From: Antedon mediterranea
Taxonomy: Eukaryota; Animalia; Echinodermata
Assembly: GCF_964355755.1 (NCBI RefSeq)
Contig: NC_092677.1
Coordinates: 24,477,175 to 24,541,174 of the forward strand
Length of the DNA stretch: 64,000 bases
Direction of reading: 5' to 3'
Shown here: one piece after another, positions 26,331 to 39,500 of the stretch
Position numbering within the stretch: the stretch's first letter is position 1
Layout of the letters: each line of letters opens with the position of its first letter
Notes under the pieces: generated by a model
Databases searched by the model: none
Seen by the model: only the letters and a program-made list of their open reading frames with translations
What the model was told of the DNA's origin: nothing
Program-made: the position numbers and the translations under genes

Positions 26331-27840
26331 TCTTTATTGTCATGAACACAAGGTGAACATGAAATCTGTTTTCCTTGATGCTTAAAAATACATACAATAT
26401 ATAAAACATTAAAAAATATCAATACAATAGGCCTACATTCTACTATATTAATAAAATAGTTTACAGAAGGAATAACTAAACAAATCATTTTTGAAATGTT
26501 GAGTTGGAAACATGTATAGAGTTGTAGACAAATGATTTCCTACATCGAGTGGTATTGCACATTAAAGGACGAATTCTACCTGATTTATTAACAATATATT
26601 TATCATTCAACGGGTGTGAGTTATCTTCCATTATTTTTCATAATTCAATTCAATTCAACATTTATATCAGACAATTGTCCATATGGTATAATACATTACA
26701 AAAAAAAAAGATGATGAAGGAGAAAGGACCAAACTTGTATCTATTGGTATAATGCCCCTCTCCATTTGTAGTACATGATTGAATCAACAAATATTTTTAC
26801 TGTATACACAAATTAACATTCTGTTTTCGCTTTTCATTATTCTTGTAAGAAATCGGTAAGTCGAAATCCTCAAATATTCATAAAATGATGGAATATTGTT
26901 TTCTAAAAACAAATTCCTCGCACTAACAAATCTGGGTTGTCCCAACAACCTCCGGAAGCATCATTATAACAAACTTTGAAAAAGTCGGTTGATATCTTTT
27001 TAAAAATGATTAGACCAAAGGAGAACATTTGATTGATTTGGAGCAGTATGAAAATGTCCTACACAAAACATTACCTCTAATACATAGAGATCTATATTGG
27101 CGTTTTATATCTGCTTCATCTCTTAGATTCGAAGTTAAAATATGGCCTAAGTTACGTAAAATGATAACATACTCCAGCGCCTTATCACCCAATACTGTTT
27201 TAGGAGTCCCATAGATTCTACGAATAGTGTGACAAAACAGCATACAGTTAGACTTTGTATTATTATAAATAATATCATGCTCAGATGCAAAACCCACACA
27301 CGTGTTAACCAGTTTTTGAAGGCCTGAGGCAGAGGGAGCACAACCAAATCATCAGCATAGTATAAATGATTAAAACATAATAACATCCATATCTACTTTT
27401 ACCAAGAGACGTACTGAGAGTGTCAACATAATATTGTATAATAGAGGAGACTTTACACCCTCTTGCCTTACACCATTTGTAATTGGGAAACTATCCGATA
27501 AACAGTTACCCCATCTGACTAGAAAACGTTATTGTTGATACCAGGACACAAGGAACCTAATCACAACAAGAGGCACATTTCTCTCAATAAGCCTTCTGAA
27601 CAATGTCCATTGGTTAACTCGATCAAAGGCTTTGCTTGAATCGAGAAAACAGGCATATACCGGGCTACCATTGCGGTTATAGAAATCGATTATTTGTTTG
27701 AGAACAAAATACATGTATCAGTTGAATGCTGGGATTTAAAAGGCAAATTGATGGTCATTAGTACTAAGTGATTTATTAAAAAAATTTGTAAGAAGCATCT
27801 CAAAACCTTTCGATAATATAGAAGCTATGGCAATAGTCAA
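26331..27840 (-). mobile_element. Degenerate LINE RT fragment (CR1/L2-Daphne-like), minus strand
   Basis: Minus-strand ORF pieces VYACFLDSSKAFDRVN, NGVRQ, YADDLVVL and LGHILTSNLRDEADIKRQ. Minus-strand AATAAA at ~26333-26338. Confidence 0.88.
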
Positions 27841-27854
27841 TAGTTTATAATAGG

Positions 27855-30800
27855 TTGATATATAGCAAGGTTGTAGTTACTGTTAATAGTAGAGGAGTAT
27901 CCATTTTATTTAAGAACGGTTTAGATGTAAAAGAAATCATTCATAAGTATTCTGACGAAGATGGAAGAATTATTATACTTGGTATATTACTTAAGAATAA
28001 ACAAATAAATCTTATAAATGTATATGCACCAAATAATTATAAAGAGAGAGCAATTTTTTTTAAGAAGCTTGACAAGAAAATTGATAATCTTTGCAATGTT
28101 AAAAATGAGTATATAATAATGGGGGGTGACATGAATTGTGTTTTACAACAAAGAAACAGCCTGTATCTAAGCTATGACAAATCTACTGCAATTTTAACAA
28201 AATGTATTAATAAATCAAAGCTCTGTGATATTTGGAGAATAAGTCATGAAACAAAAACCCAATTTACTTGGCGACGTAAAAATACATATAGAAGGTTAGA
28301 TTACTGGCTGATATCTAGTGTATTATACAAACATGGTGATGTTATTGACACCGATATCAGACCTTCTGTTCTTTCAGACCATCAAGCTATTTCGTTGAAA
28401 ATTATAAATAGTCATGAAAAAAAAGGACCTGGAAATTAGAAATTCAATAATAGTTTTTTGGAGAATAAAGATTTTATACAAAGCATTTTAAATATTATTG
28501 AAAATATTTAAAAAAATGAAAACAAGCTTAATCCAAGTCTCTTATGGGAATACCTAAAAATTTAAATAAAGGAATTCTCGTGTAAATACGGAATAAATAA
28601 GAAAATGCAAAAAAAATATAAGAAAGAATACATTAATTAAAAAAGTGTATAAGTTAAACGATGAGCTTGATGGTGCTTATGATCAAAAGACAGAAAAGAT
28701 ATTAAATAACAAATTAAACGAGCTAAACCAAATTTATACATCTGAAGCAAAAGGAGCACAAATTAGGGCTCGAGTAGAATGAACTGAAAAGGGAGAAAGA
28801 AATACTAAGTTCTTTTTAGGTTTAGAAAAAAACAAGGCTAAGAAAAAACATATTACGTCAGTTCTTAAACCGAATGGGAAAATTACTACAAACACCCAAG
28901 AAATTCTTAACGAGCAAGTTAGGTTTTTCAAAGAGTTGTATAAAGAAACCCCTTCAAACCAGGAAAATGTTAATAGTTATTTTGGTAGTACTAAAATCAA
29001 TGCACTGTCATTTGAAGAAAAGCAAAAATGTGAAGGTATGTTAACAAATTATGAATGCAAGATGGCTCTTTTAAACATGAAGTTAAATAAAAGTCCTGGT
29101 ACAGATGGGCTAACAGTCAAATTTTATTGCACATTCTGGGATTCCTTAGGAAATTTATTGTGTGATTCTGTTAACTTCAGTTTCTTGAATAAAAAACTGA
29201 CATCTTTGCAACGTAAAGGTATTATTTCATTACTGTATAAAAAAGGTGAAAGAGAGAAACTTCATAATTGGAGACCTATTACTCTTTTGAATATTGATTA
29301 TAACATTATTGCACAAGTGTTAGCCAATTGGTTACATTCGGTCATTAGCTCCATAATTAATAATGATCAAAAGGGATATATCAAAGGCAGGTTCTCTGGT
29401 GAAAGCATAAGATTAATAGAAGATTTACTTAATTATAGTGACGTACATAAACAAGAAGGTGCTTTGATTTTTATAGATTTTGAAAAAGCCTTTGACTCTG
29501 TAGGCAGATATTTTATGTTTAAAACTTTAGAAAAATTTGGTTTCGGTATTCAATTTATACAATGGGTTAAAGTTATGTATAACGATACTGAAAGTTACAT
29601 TGTAAATAATGGATGGATGTCAGAAGGTGTTTTAATGAATAGAGGAATCCGTCAAGGTTGTCCACACTCAGCACTTTTATTTATTTTAGTAGTCGAAGTT
29701 ATGGCAACAAATATAAGAAATAATCATTTGTGTAAAGGTATCAAATTGCCGTCAGTAACTAATGAAAATGTTAATGTAAAGATTGCACAATTAGCAGACG
29801 ATACTGTGATTTTTGCCAAGAATGAAAAAGCCATACAACAAAGTTATTTTAACGAAATTGATTGTTTTTGTGAAATGTCGGGTCTGATGCTAAATAAATC
29901 CAAGACAAGGGGAATGTGGATTGGTGGTGATAAAGAGAAAATTAGTAACTATTGCAACATTACCTTTAATCAAGAACCTATTAAGTTTCTAGGTATTTAC
30001 ATTGGTTATGATAAGGATATTTGCAATACAAAAAATTGGTATGAGAAAATTGAAAATCTAAAAAAGATCCTTAAAACTTGGGAAAAAAGAAAAATATCAT
30101 TCTTTGGGAAAATCACGGTAATTAAAACACTAGCGTTATCAAAACTTATATATAATGCATGTGTGACAGACTTGCCAAAATCTATTATTCCTGAAATAAA
30201 CAAGATTTTATACAACTTTTTATGGAGTGGTAATAAAGAAAAAATTAAAAGAAATACTCTGATACAAAACATTGAAAATGGTGGGATTAAAATGATAGAC
30301 TTTAACTCTATGATTGAATTTTTAAAGTTAGGCGGGGTAAAACGTTTACTAAGCCCGGATCCAGGAAAGTGGAAATGTATTCCATTATACAATTTATATC
30401 CAATTGATTATACATTAAGTATGACGGAAGCAAACTTTGAGAAGCATAATGCACTCAAATATGTGAATACATTCTATATAAATATGCTTAAAGCCTGCAT
30501 ACGGTTTAATAATATTTATACTAAAAAACCTCAATGTATATGTGAAATAAAAACTCAGAGGTTATGGGAGAATATATATGTCATGGATAACAAAAAATCA
30601 CTATTCTGTAAATCTTGGGTGAATTTAGGTATAAAAACAGTAGGAGATATTATGGTTAAGTCTAGATTTAAGCATATTAATGAAATAACTCTACTGTTGT
30701 TGAAACGAAGGGAAAATGCATTTTTAAAATATATGGCACTAATTGACGCTATTCCGAGAAACTGGAAAGTTATAGTGGTTGAGACACCCTATTGTTATAT

Positions 30801-31627
30801 ACATAAAGAGGTTGATACAATAGACAAAAATGTTAATGTTACTTCAAATTATACAACTGTCAAACAATTCTATTCCACTTTTACCGATGTAGCATATAAA
30901 GCGTGCATACCAAAAGCGCAAGATAAATGGGAAAACCAACTTCAAAATTGTTTTATTGACTGGAATCTATGTTGGAAAAACAAAGTTAAGAGTATGTTGC
31001 ACATAAAAAGAGTGGCTTTCTTTAATTTTAAGTTGCTACATAAAATTTTACCAACTAGGTGTAAGCTAAAATTATGGAATTTGTCAAACAGTAATTATTG
31101 TGAATATTGTAATGAGGAGGTTGAAAATGAAAAGCATATGTTATTTACATGCAAAGAAGTAAAACATTGCTGGGTAAAATGTTGCGCTATGCTGAAAACA
31201 TGTTTTGCATTTACTCAGGAAGTTACATGGGAGAAAATTTTACTTGGAAAATATGATGTCAAAATTAATGAAATATTTTCCATTTTAACTTTCTGTGTTT
31301 ATAAAAATAAAGTCAAACACAGACTAGGACTTGTTAAAAAATGTCCATGGTTAATGTTCACTGCGGAGTTAGAAGATATAATCAATTGTGAGTTTTTAAT
31401 AAATAAAGAAAAGGCAAAAAAAATGTGGTCAGATATGGACCGTAACAATTTAGCAAGGTATACAATTAAGGTTTATAAAATTGATATTTAGGTAAAGTAA
31501 AATATAACTTTTTTATTATATTGTATTGTATCATTACATTACTCATGTGCTCAATGTACTCATTGTAAACGAACATTTTATTGATGAAGAAATAAAAGTG
31601 GGTCGATCCTACATAAGACAAAAAAAG
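27855..31627 (+). mobile_element. L1/Tx1-clade LINE ORF2, 5'-truncated and disrupted
   Basis: APE motifs (SRGVSIL, NVYAPN, GGDMN, RLDYW, SDH), RT motifs (KSPGTDG, NWRPITLLN, DFEKAFD, GIRQGCP, QLADDT) and a C-terminal CxxC...HxxxxC knuckle. Stops and frameshifts at ~28437-28930; AATAAA and A-tail at ~31590-31627. Confidence 0.95.
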
Positions 31628-31629
31628 TA

Positions 31630-31712
31630 TAAATTTGTAGATAAAAATAATACAGATTTACTGTGCATAAAACCACGTCATGTTTGCGAATGTGGCTATG
31701 AAGTCCATTGCG
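31630..31712 (+). repeat. Remnant of the NLR first-intron sequence
   Basis: tactgtgcataaaaccacgtcatgtttgcgaa...ctatgaagtccattgc matches 15431-15499. Confidence 0.7.
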
Positions 31713-32273
31713 GAACGGTGAGTACTTTGTTTTATGTATTACTCCTTCCAGTGATACATTTTTTAAAGTGATTAATATGGTGTAATATAATAAAAAAAAA
31801 TTAAAATTATTATTAATTCATTCGTTATGTTATGTTAGATGTTCAAACCTTACATATTGCATAGTGTTTCATTATTTTTATTAATATTGTTCTATTTTAT
31901 AGGGCACCACTATTTTTAAAAGCGGCTTTTTTTTTTTGCCCTTTTCCTTTTCAAGATTTGCATTTACACTGTTACTTAAGTAAATAGCAATCAATCAATT
32001 AAACACATTTTAAAAGTATTACCAAACCAATTCATACATATTTAATGTAGTTATTTTTGGATGAAGATCCAATGGGAAAAGCGCTTCCCTATATCGATGA
32101 AGATTTTTTTTTTACTTTATTTAACTTGTTAAAACAATTTTAATCTTTTTTTTTATGATATACTGTATAAAAATAATGTGGACTGGACGACAGTCGAATT
32201 AGTTCTGATTAAAGATTAACCAATGGGCTGATAATGTTGTATTGGGTATGAAAGTAAAATATAGATAACTAGA

Positions 32274-32918
32274 AAGAGTTAACTTGGGAGGGCCAGTGTA
32301 GCAGTATTCTTACCTATTAGTACTCTTAGATATTTTATTAGGCCGTGATTCGTAACAATTTCTTTGATTTTTCAATGTTTTTCTCATTTTCCTATTATTT
32401 ACTTTATCCAATTCCATTTTAATATAAGATGTTCTTTATAATGTGATAACTTTTTTTATATGTGCAATATTTTGTAAAATTTTACACAATTTAGCCTTTG
32501 GCTACAATGTAAATTTTAGCTTTATTGAATAAAAAACCTTGAATGAATCACATTGTTTTTGTCACATAAAGTTTGATATTGTAGACAAAGCTTAGGAAAT
32601 CACATCCTGTTCTGAGTACAGGTATATGAGAACTTTTTAAGCGTATATTTGACAGATTTAATCCAATTGTTAAAAGTTCTCCCATACTCTGAAAAGAAGA
32701 ATTTGTTTACTCTGAAGTCTGGCTTTCAGTAGTCGACATAAGACCAGTTTTGTTAGAACTCGATGTCATAAGAAATTTAGAGTTTTCATAAGAAATTTAG
32801 ATTTTTTATAAGATGAATTGACAAGAAACTTGTTGAAATTAAATTTCTTGTTAAATCAGCAAGAGTTAACTTGGGAGGGCCAGTGTAGCAGTATTCTTAC
32901 CTATTAGTACTCTTAGAT
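32274..32918 (+). repeat. 58-bp perfect direct repeat pair
   Basis: aagagttaacttgggagggccagtgtagcagtattcttacctattagtactcttagat at 32274-32331 and 32861-32918. Confidence 0.9.
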
Positions 32919-33585
32919 CCCCCTTTTTCCTCTTTCTTGACTTTCTTTGTTGTTATAAATCGCAGAGGTACAGTAAACGACCTGTTTTCTGAGTTTGTGT
33001 AAAATAACTATAAAAATAATTAATCGATAATTCAATCAATAATTATGGTTATTTAATAAATGTGACCTAAAAGGTGACATAAGCCAACGGTGGTGGAGTT
33101 TGGGAAAACAGGTGTTGTGTCACTGTAGGTGCTAGCCCTATTGTCCAAAGTAGGATTGTGGTATGTGAATTTGTTCAAAACAGAGTTTTGCGTGAGAAGT
33201 GACAATAACTAGTCAAAACATCAGCAAATTCATCCAGCGTGTGAATGCTACAATTCCTTGAAAGCCATATGCATGATTAAATAAATCAATATACTGATGC
33301 ACTGTACTGTGTTGCTTTTGTGAATTTCAAAAGCTTCTCTGGTGCAGAGGCATCTTTGGGATAACAAAGTGGCAATCAAAACAAAAAGGGGTGCAAATTT
33401 TCTGTGAATTCAATTATTGTCTATTTTCTATCCTAATTCATTCATGTATGCAAAACAAACATCTCCTTATTCAGGCACCATATAAAAACCGAGTTGATCT
33501 GCACAATCACACAGAACAACTTTGGGGTAGACCAGTCAACATTATTCTCATTGATCCTTGGTTCAAGAAATAAACTCTGGTGGAA

Positions 33586-36500
33586 ATGGATCGCCTGTGG
33601 ATGGTTGGAGTACTCGCTGTGGTGTTTAGCAGCATAGTGATGGTAGAAAGTACAAATCCTGGTCTAAAGATAAAAGTAACTAAAAATGGACTAAAATATG
33701 GTAAGGTGTGGTTTATTTATTTTAAAGTAATGAGGTCTAAACATAATCATGAGTAGCGGATACATAATCTATTTTTGCTACTGTGTGTATTTCTACATCG
33801 CTGAATGTACGTACGGTACGCAAATAATTTACTTGTTAATTTTTTTTTTTTTTTCCATTTTCATAAACAATTTATTAAGTCAGACTTTTAATAGTTTTTT
33901 TAGCTGATATTCGATATATTAAAAGTACTCGGTGCTAGGTGATCATTTAGAATAAAATTATCACCTATTGTTATTGTATGAAATCTTTATTATTGTTTTT
34001 CTTATTTATTTGATTCTGTACAGATTTTGTGTGTCAATTATCTCAAAAAGTTAAATGTCAATAATCACAACAATTTCAAAATATATTTAGTTAGTTTTTC
34101 AACCTGATCACTCATCCGTGACGTCATTTATACGCCATTTTGTGAAATCACATTATCAATAATATCTCCATAATTCATTATCACATATTAGTGAAATTCA
34201 CTACACGTAAACTTCAGGTGAAGGGTAAAAATATTAGCAAATAAAAACGCACGCGCAGGTAAGGTCACGCGCGTGAAATCGCGCGTTAAAAATTTAAAAA
34301 GCTCAAAATTAAGTTTTGATCAATTTAGAGCATGAATTAGGCCATTTGCGTGTTTCAAAAAATTACTGCTCAAAAAAAAATTTGTGCGCGCGCGATACTT
34401 AAAAGGCGTAAAAAATACCATTTTCAGTCAGTTTCGACTTAAAATAACTATAACTAAATAGCTATACGAGCAGGTTAATGACAAAATGCGCAAATTAATT
34501 GCATCAAAGTGCTGAAAATGGTGAAAAATAAGGCATTTTTAAAATGAAAATAATTCTTTAAAATGCAAGATGACCCCCAATTTTTTTTTAACTTATTCTG
34601 GAAGTCATTGAGTTGTAGATATGAATTCATGTACACATTTTACATACGTATCTTTCGTCACATTCGTCATATTTTTATCACATTCAATAGAACGCATCTC
34701 TGTTATTTTGTGCCAAATTTCGCTCAAATTTTAGTATGTGATTGCTCAATTAATTTTCTTTCTCATGACTTGCCACTATTTTTTTTTGATGACTTCATCA
34801 CGCGTAAAAACTTGAATAACGTAGGTCGTTTAATTTCACCTTCGCCGTAAATTTGAATATCTTACAGCTCTTCGGAATTCAAGGTTACCTTGATGATTAT
34901 AATTTATTATGAAAGCTGATGAAATGTAGATATGAATTCATATCAAAAACAAGCCTATCGGATGTTGTGACGTTAACATATGGCCAGTTGAAGTTAAAAA
35001 GTAGTTTTTTTTTACAAATTTCAAAGAGCGCACACAGCGCTTCTCCTACGTGCTAAATTCTCTTCCAATTCTTATATTTATTTGCTCAATTAATTATCTT
35101 TCGAAATTGTCATCTTCGAGTTTATTTTGATAATTCCATCATACCAAAAAATTAGAACATGATGTGTGTCCCGTAATTTCGCCTATGTTACACTGTATAT
35201 AGATATACATTATATACTGTACATATTGTGTATGGCATATAATAGGCACAACTCAGCACTATAAGCGTATAATAGGATGGCATACATCAACATTTTCTGA
35301 TCGTATGTTAACGTACGTGCATGTAAAAAAAAAATATTTCAGTAAAATGATGAAAATGATCACCTATAATTCGTCAAAGTGACGAATTAAATTCTATAGT
35401 TTTATTATTTGTTTGTGTATAGTGTCGTTTAAAAAACACACATGCTTTAATCTTTGCAACTGTTAAAATATACAGTAGGTTAGCATCTGTTAATAAAATT
35501 CTATGACCATAACTTCAAAGCCAACCTTTTTCACTAATAAAACTTTACAAAAGTATGCTTCATGTCAAGGGTCAATTTTCTGTAACATACAAGTCACATA
35601 ATGCAGATCTACTATTATGAATTTCAAGTTTGAATTGTTATTAAAATACCATATCTTTAACTTTTAGTTAGCGAAATTGGAGTAGAATTACTGAATAAGA
35701 CCCTCACTGATATCCAGATTCCAGGTACTTCTGGCAGTGTGCATTTTGATAACATAGGTGGTATGAATTACAACATAAAGTAAGTATGTACAGGTACACA
35801 ATTGTAGTGTTGTACTAGCATAGAAAAACATTTTTCTGTTTAAAAAAAAACTTGAATTTAAATAAAAAGTATAAATTACTATAACCTGAAAGTTGACTTA
35901 ACAATACCACCATTGCTGGCACATGTAACAGTATTTGTGACTTTATAGTTTGAAGATAACCAATTTTGATCTGCCAGGCGCTACCATCAGTACTGTATCA
36001 GACACTGGATTGAAGGCTAGCATTTCTAATGTTAAAATTGGAGTTCATGCAGACTGGAGTTTGAATCAGCATTTTGGTTTGTAAGTAATGGTATATATGG
36101 CATTGAGAATTATTGTTTGTTGTTGGCACGGTGATTTACTATGCCCATTGAGAAGGTAACATTATCTCTCTTTATTTCTATCATTCTATTTCTTAGAATT
36201 CATATCCGTGATGGCGGTTCTGATAACGTGACAGCCTCATTCAATTTAACACTATCTCTTGTTATTAAAGTTGGTAAGAACCTTTATGAACAGAATTGAT
36301 AGTTAAAGTGATAGTGAGGATAATGATGTTGGTATGATGATGATGATGACAATTATCTGTTGATAATGATGAAAATTATCCGATGATGATGATCCAGATG
36401 GTCTAGGCTGCCTCAGTGTCCTTCTTTCATATCATAAGCTGTGCTTTGGAAATTCATTTTTTTTATGGTTACGATATAAAAGGGACCGACAATGGTATGC

Positions 36501-39500
36501 ATGACATCAACAATAATAATAGGAAGTTTTCACTTTGCAACAGCCAACAACCTAGGAACCAGCTAGATGTTAAACGATGTGTCAATGGTATTCACCTGGA
36601 CCTAGAAACCACAAAACTTTGTTGAGGTGGAGGGTGCACAATGAATTGACATGACTTTATGATTTAATTACTACCATGTGTCATGTTTTTAGGCAACAAG
36701 GGAGGTCAATTTGCAATTTCTACTTCTGGAAGTCAATGTGTGTACAACCTTGAGTCATTAGATGTAGATGTAAACAGGGAATTTGTGTGAGTATAACCAT
36801 GATGAACTAGATATCAAATTTGAAAACGTAATTGATTGGGAGTGCCTTTCTGAGCAAGGTACAGTATACCAACTGGCGGCGGAACATGAGGGAAGAACTT
36901 ATAGACACTATGCAGTAGTTGTATTTAACGAGCAACAAAAGAATAACGCCAAATAGACAGTGAAAAAAAAAAGATTTAACATGAATTTTGTGTTATTATT
37001 AAGTTAATATAGATTTCGAATGAACTTAAAAGTTTAAAACATTAATAATTAGATTAAAATATTATTATTTATTTTCAGTTCATCACACACGTTTTTTGAA
37101 GGTCCTACTTTTGTTGATGAAATTCAAAAGTACTATACTAAGCAGGTATAGTCAATAACTATTAATTTAAAAATTTTAGTACATACTACTGTATAACTAG
37201 GGATGACCATACCACAACAATTAATTAAATGTACAAAATTATTTTTATTAATTGGTTTTAGGTGTGTGATCAAATCATTAATGCAGTGAATGGACCTCTA
37301 GCTGAACGAGTTGCAGATATAAAATGTAAATTATATTTCTAAAAATGTCATATTAAGTACAGCAAATACCCCACACCATACTTTAATCAACAAATTTGAT
37401 TGGAAAAATAGCTCAACATGTATCCATGTAATAACCAGTCTAGCCTATGAACCTATAATTTCTTTTTTTAAATCTTTTCTTTTATCTTTCTATTTCAGTG
37501 GTACACACACGTAACATTCCTGTGCATGGTTCTGTAGATTATTCTCTTGTGTCAGCTCCTGAGTTTTCCGAAGGAGGTTTCCAAAGTTTCCATATGGTAA
37601 AAATGAAATTACTTATTTATATAACATGCTTCTCTGTGAAATAAATATAATTTCTTTACATCACAGATAAACATAAGGCGTAGGCCGGTTGCTGCGAAAA
37701 TTGTAAATGAACCAGCCCACTATATGGTTGGGGCTGAGTTAAGAAAATGTTGAAAGATACAGCTGCTAGATGCCCGGAAATTGCACTTATACATTGATAT
37801 ATGAAACAATATTATAAGTATACAGGACCAGACCACCATTGTTAGAAAATTTGGAAAAATAGAGTTGCTAGGTCCCCGGAAATTGGACATACACTTTGAA
37901 AATGTCAGGACCTTTTTGCCTTTTGGCTACGACCATGAATTGAACATAATTAATATTTAATTTATTCCTTATATTATTTTTAGGGAAACTGTGAAAGATG
38001 GGCTATACAACCACCTCCAGCTTTTCCAGCCCACACTGAAACATCTCGAATGCTGTATCTTTGGCTAGGAAAGGGTACCTTAGAGTTAGCAGTGTTTGGT
38101 TCTTACAAAGAACAAGTTCAGGAATACAACATGACTAATGACGTGGTAATGCTGACATTTATGTACTAAACAACAACGATATTGAATGCTTTAAAAGAAG
38201 GTTTGATGTGATATTTAAGTAGTTGCTCAATAATTTAACCCCAAACACAATCTGCTTGTATCATTTGGGCAAAATATATTGATGATTCGCAGTAGGCAGA
38301 TAGATCAGTCTATTGTACGAAATGTTTTTTTAAAAATCTTATGCTATTTTTTCATATATGCCAACTCCCCGTATTTTAGACACATCTCCCGGCCTAACAT
38401 CGTGCTTCTGGTTTCACACATTTTCTTCCAGATTATAAAGATAACTGAATTGTTATGTATATGTGTTGTTTTCCGCATTAAATATTATTATACAATTATT
38501 ATAATGAATTTTATGAGTGTAATGGTACAAATAATGGCATGAGGTGAATGATAAAAGGTTATATATCAACGAAGCAAAGCCAAGTTGATATTTAACCTTT
38601 TATCATTCACCAAATACCATTATTTGTACCATTACACGAATATAAATAATTCATTAGTTGTTTTATCTAACATCTAAATAGATTCCTGTCATTTGAATCA
38701 AATAAAAGGTAGCCCTAACCAAATGCCTACATTGATTCACATTGATTAAAACAGTAACATTTGGTTTTTAATAATATTGTAATGTATTAAATGTTATATG
38801 TATATGTTTCATGGTTTTTCACAAGCGCCTTGCACTTTAGTGGATATGTGCGTTGTAAATCTTATTATTATTATATGAATTTTACTTTAGTGTTAATTAC
38901 CGGTATGTCAAACGATCAAACAATCCTAGGCCTAGCAAGGCTAAAAACGCCTAGGCTAGGCCTAGCCTAATACTAACAGGCCTAGGCTAGGCCTAGCTAG
39001 TACTAGGTTGGCTGAAAGGCAAAACTTCAACAGGCAATGGAACTCATCTAGGCTAATTATGTTTATTCCAACGATTCCACATCCTGTAGAGATATTCCCA
39101 TTAATTAATCAAAATCCTACAAACCATCTAAGCTAATTTAAATGTATTTTTGATCTAAATTAGTACAGTAAATATATCTCTCCAGAAATGTACTACTACC
39201 ATCGCCAAAAACCAGTCATAATAATCAAATCGCGGCAAAAGTACAAAATAGGTGGCGCTGTTGTATTTCAAAAGCAATACAGTATTATTATAAAACAAAA
39301 TATTTTCCAAACGCGAAAAGATTTTTTTTTCATACACAAAAAAAAGTACTACTGTATTAAACGATCATTTAATAATACGTACTATTGCACGCCATGTGAT
39401 CCACATTCGTCCAATCAAATGACAGGAATTTATTTAGGTGTTACTGTTTTAAAACTAAATAGCTCACATCCAAGTGAATTTACGATTTCCTTTTTAAACC

